Origin: Eledone cirrhosa | Taxonomy: Eukaryota | Assembly (NCBI GenBank): GCA_964016885.1 | Contig: OZ024741.1 | Span: 393,948,001-394,012,000, forward strand | Length of the DNA: 64,000 bases | Direction of reading: 5' to 3' | Part shown: piece after piece, positions 62,661-64,000 of the stretch | Layout of the letters: every line of letters starts with the position of its first letter | Position numbering within the stretch: the stretch's first letter is position 1 | Position numbers and translations under genes: made by a program | Notes under the pieces: generated by a model | What the model was told of the DNA's origin: nothing | The model's database searches: none | What the model saw: only the letters and a program-made list of their open reading frames with translations

Positions 62661-64000
62661 CGCATGTGAAGTATTATATTGTAAACAATATTAAAACATG
62701 TGAAGTATTATATCATAAACAATATTAACACATGTGAAGTATTATATCATAAACAATATTAAAACATGTGAAGTATTATATTGTAAACAATATTAAAACA
62801 TGTGAAGTATTATGTCATAAACAGTATTAACACATGTGAAGTATTATATTGTAAACAATATTAACACATGTGAAGTATTATATCATAAACAATATTAAAA
62901 CATGTGAAGTATTATATTGTAAACAATATTAACACATGTGAAGTATTATATTGTAAACAATATTAAAACATGTGAAGTATTATATCATAAACAATATTAA
63001 CGCATGTGAAGTATTATATTGTAAACAATATTAAAACATGTAAAGTATTATATCATAAACAATATTAACGCATGTGAAGTATTATATTGTAAACAATATT
63101 AAAACATGTGAAGTATTATATCATAAACAATATTAACACATGTGAAGTATTATATCATAAACAATATTAACACATGTGAAGTATTATATTGTAAACAATA
63201 TTAAAACATGTGAAGTATTATATTGTAAACAATATTAAAACATGTGAAGTATTATATTGTAAACAATATTAACGCATGTGAAGTATTATATCATAAACAA
63301 TATTAACACATGTGAAGTATTATATTGTAAACAATATTAACACATGTGAAGTATTAATTTTGTAAACAATATTAAAACATGTGAAGTATTATATTGTAAA
63401 CAATATTAAAACATGTGAAGTATTATATTGTAAACAATATTAACGCATGTGAAGTATTATATCATAAACAATATTAACGCATGTGAAGTATTATATCATA
63501 AACAATATTAACACATGTGAAGTATTATATTGTAAACAATATTAAAACATGTGAAGTATTATATTGTAAACAATATTAACACATGTAAAGTATTATATTC
63601 TAAACAATATTAACACATGTAAAGTATTATATTGTAAACAATATTAAAACAGGTGAAGTATTATATTTTAAACAATATTAAAACATGTGAAGTATTATAT
63701 CATAAACAATATTAACACATGTGAAGTATTATATTGTAAACAATATTAAAACATGTGAAGTATAATATTGTAAACAATATTAACACATGTAAAGTTTTAT
63801 ATTGTAAACAATATTAAATCATGTGAAGTATTGTATCGTAAACAATATTAACACATGTGATGTATTATATTGTAAACAATATTAAAACATGTGAAGTATT
63901 ATATCATAAACAATATAAACGCATGTGAAGTATTATATTGTAAACAATATTAAAACATGTGAAGTATTATATCATAAACAATATTAAAACATGTGAAGTA

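Larger units (their letters stand above)
1..64000. repeat. 34-bp AT-rich tandem satellite array, about 1,880 head-to-tail monomers, extending beyond both window ends
   Basis: Monomer 1-34 is TTGTAAACAATATTAACACATGTAAAGTATTATA and the next monomer starts at 35. The same unit continues to 64000 with three common polymorphic sites (TTG/TCA, AA/CA/CG, GTG/GTA), sparse substitutions and short indels. No non-satellite sequence was seen. Confidence 0.99.

Noticed and set aside
1-64000. CRISPR array (34-bp unit with partial dyad symmetry)
   Set aside because: Units abut directly with no unique spacers, variation is limited to a few recurring alleles, and there is no leader or cas gene.
1-64000. Repetitive protein-coding ORF on either strand
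   Set aside because: 34 is not a multiple of 3, and each monomer has TAA/TAA/TGA (or TAA) on the plus strand and two TAA on the minus strand. All six frames close within about 100 bp.
1-64000. Single fixed-period higher-order repeat
   Set aside because: Marker offsets vary widely (951, 1560, 1679, 1766, 2407, 3006, 3631, 5712, 9329, 21393) with no common multi-monomer period.
1-64000. Bacterial promoter (-10-like TATAAT on the minus strand, TATTAT on the plus strand), TATA-like boxes or plasmid iterons
   Set aside because: Such hexamers are expected in about 80% AT DNA. There is no gene or rep ORF nearby, and the copy number is far beyond iteron arrays.
1-64000. CG versus CA allele as a signature of methyl-CpG deamination
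   Set aside because: Recurrent deamination should also yield AATGCATG, which I did not see. The alleles are inherited in fixed order within duplicated blocks, which fits one old mutation.
1-64000. Telomerase-type telomeric repeat or G-quadruplex array
   Set aside because: There are no G-runs or G-rich strand. Variants are copied in kb-scale blocks, unlike synthesis from a single template. A non-telomerase terminal satellite cannot be judged from this window.
1-64000. Monomer order as an information-storing code or recording system
   Set aside because: The order is explained by nested duplications carrying rare linked variants. Nothing in the window indicates a reader, writer or templated origin.
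1-64000. Phased A-tract intrinsic curvature
   Set aside because: A-runs are only 2-4 nt and allele-dependent, and the 34-bp period (about 3.2 helical turns) is out of phase, so curvature cannot be supported without modelling.

Overview
The whole 64 kb window is one uninterrupted, head-to-tail, single-orientation array of a 34-bp AT-rich satellite (about 18-21% GC; 64000/34 gives about 1,880 monomers). The consensus is T(TG/CA)TAAACAATATTAA(AA/CA/CG)CATGT(G/A)AAGTATTATA. I see no unique sequence, CDS, RNA gene, transposon insertion, inversion or CRISPR spacer, and the array runs off both window ends. A pure array this long is most typical of eukaryotic satellite or heterochromatic DNA, but I cannot name the family or organism. 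The structure that is present is internal. Rare monomer variants reveal nested segmental duplications (offsets about 0.95-21.4 kb), a local 5-monomer (170 bp) pattern, three lineage domains, and short deletions at internal microhomologies. The monomer also carries a dyad, a forkhead-type core and an E-box. The sequence alone does not support a new gene-based system, and all functional ideas below are inference.
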